Source: Centroscyllium fabricii
Taxonomy: Eukaryota
NCBI GenBank assembly: GCA_051313645.2
Contig: JBNRSN020000026.1
Location: 72,987,542-73,038,000, forward strand
DNA: 50,459 bases
Direction of reading: 5' to 3'
Shown piece by piece: positions 49,419 through 50,459 of this stretch (its first letter is position 1; each line of letters opens with the position of its first letter). The translations under genes and the position numbers were made by a program. The notes under the pieces are model-generated. The model saw nothing but the letters and a program-made list of their open reading frames with translations, did no database searches and was not told the DNA's origin.

Positions 49419-49742
49419 CGAACATTTTCTTTTACAGCAGGCACAACTTTCCAAAGTAGACAAGTCCCCTCTTTATGCGCTGAAGTGTTTGCGAAACATG
49501 TGTAAGTACAGGAGTGAATACACACACTGCTATTTATATCCACCTTTTAAGACAGTTGCTTGGTAACCGCGTCAATCTCTAAAGGAGAGACATGTGAGGT
49601 AACGCTGGCGTACACTGTATGGCAAAACGGTAACCCAGAAAACAGGTATCGCTCATTCGGTGTATGATTTAAGATTGGGAGCTCAGCTACCTCATGTGAA
49701 GTCAGATTTCCAAAGCTCATATCCTCCTCCAATGGTTTAATT

Positions 49743-49920
49743 ATGATGTGGAGGTGCCGGTGTTGGACTGGGGTGGACAATTGTAAGAAGTCACACAACA
49801 CCAGGTTATAGTCCAACAGTTTTATTTGAAATCACAAGCTTTCGGAGCAACGCTGCGAAAGCTTGTGATTTCAAATAAAACTGTTGGACTATAACCTGGT
49901 GTTGTGTGACTTCTTACAAT
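49743..49920 (-). mobile_element. PLE family A fold-back insertion with TSD
   Basis: Tail plus arms folding at the hammerhead stem II loop (49848-49852). TSD caatggtt(t/c)aatta at 49730-49743 and 49917-49930. Confidence 0.9.
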
Positions 49921-50459
49921 GGTTCAATTAGTGAGCGAGGGAGAGTCGCAACAATGAGAATATCACAAGTAGAGAATCCAACTGAACTTTGTCTTTCCCG
50001 AGTGCTTAAGACAGACAATTGCAATTCAACAAATCTCAACATATGTTTGTGAAACACTCGTTATCCAACAGCATTGCTCAGAGCCATATGAGGCCTGACA
50101 TCTTTTTTATAAACGATGCTCCAGATATAATTTTGTTTTCTAAAACGGCTCTACAAAATCAGAATGTCTTACCGCAAAACAGAATGAAAGGCACCACACC
50201 AAAACATCTTGGGGAGAGAATAACTCTTTTCAATAGATGTGGGGATATTGTAAGTACTTTCCAAATGGGCAAATTCACTATTTCACTAAACAGAATCACT
50301 GGAGCAGTTATTTCACCCCCTCTTGGGTTTCAACACAATTGTATAGATCAGAACATTCTCGTGCTTTGCTATTTTAGAATGTGTTACTGTTCTTCAAAGG
50401 GCAGCAGTCAACCCCCGTGTATCTGTAAACCCTCCCAGAGAAAGATCGACCAGTGTTTC

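Noticed and set aside
38460-50459. Searched for BMI1/PCGF2 coding exons (MHRTTRIKITELNPHL, RING finger)
   Set aside because: Not found by eye or in the ORF track, so no CDS or gene symbol is assigned; short exons could have been missed.

Overview
Eukaryotic, repeat-rich DNA that looks chondrichthyan (shark-like), judged from V-SINE/HE1-like, Deu-domain SINE and CR1 repeats. I can support no intact protein-coding exon; the only real protein-like ORFs are 3' remnants of CR1 LINE ORF2. Non-repeat features: (i) an intact tRNA-Asn(GTT) gene at 3887-3960 (-); (ii) a repeat-poor, CpG-rich block at about 34.7-39.9 kb containing a segment (38162-38250) that matches my recollection of the human BMI1 5'UTR, which suggests the promoter and first non-coding exon of a BMI1/PCGF2-family Polycomb gene whose coding exons lie beyond the window. 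The most striking system is two unrelated short Penelope-like (PLE) repeat families, about 18 copies in total. Each carries a minimal type I hammerhead ribozyme with a palindromic, loopless stem III: family A has a C3-G8 core and CUU site; family B has a compensatory U3-A8 core and GUC site. They often insert as fold-back palindromes with a ~37-nt unpaired tail and 9-16 bp target-site duplications. There are also a cryptic decayed 25-bp tandem array, a 43+9n minisatellite and a 2.3-kb CA-rich array. Repeat boundaries are read by eye and approximate; family names and human comparisons are from memory, not database searches.
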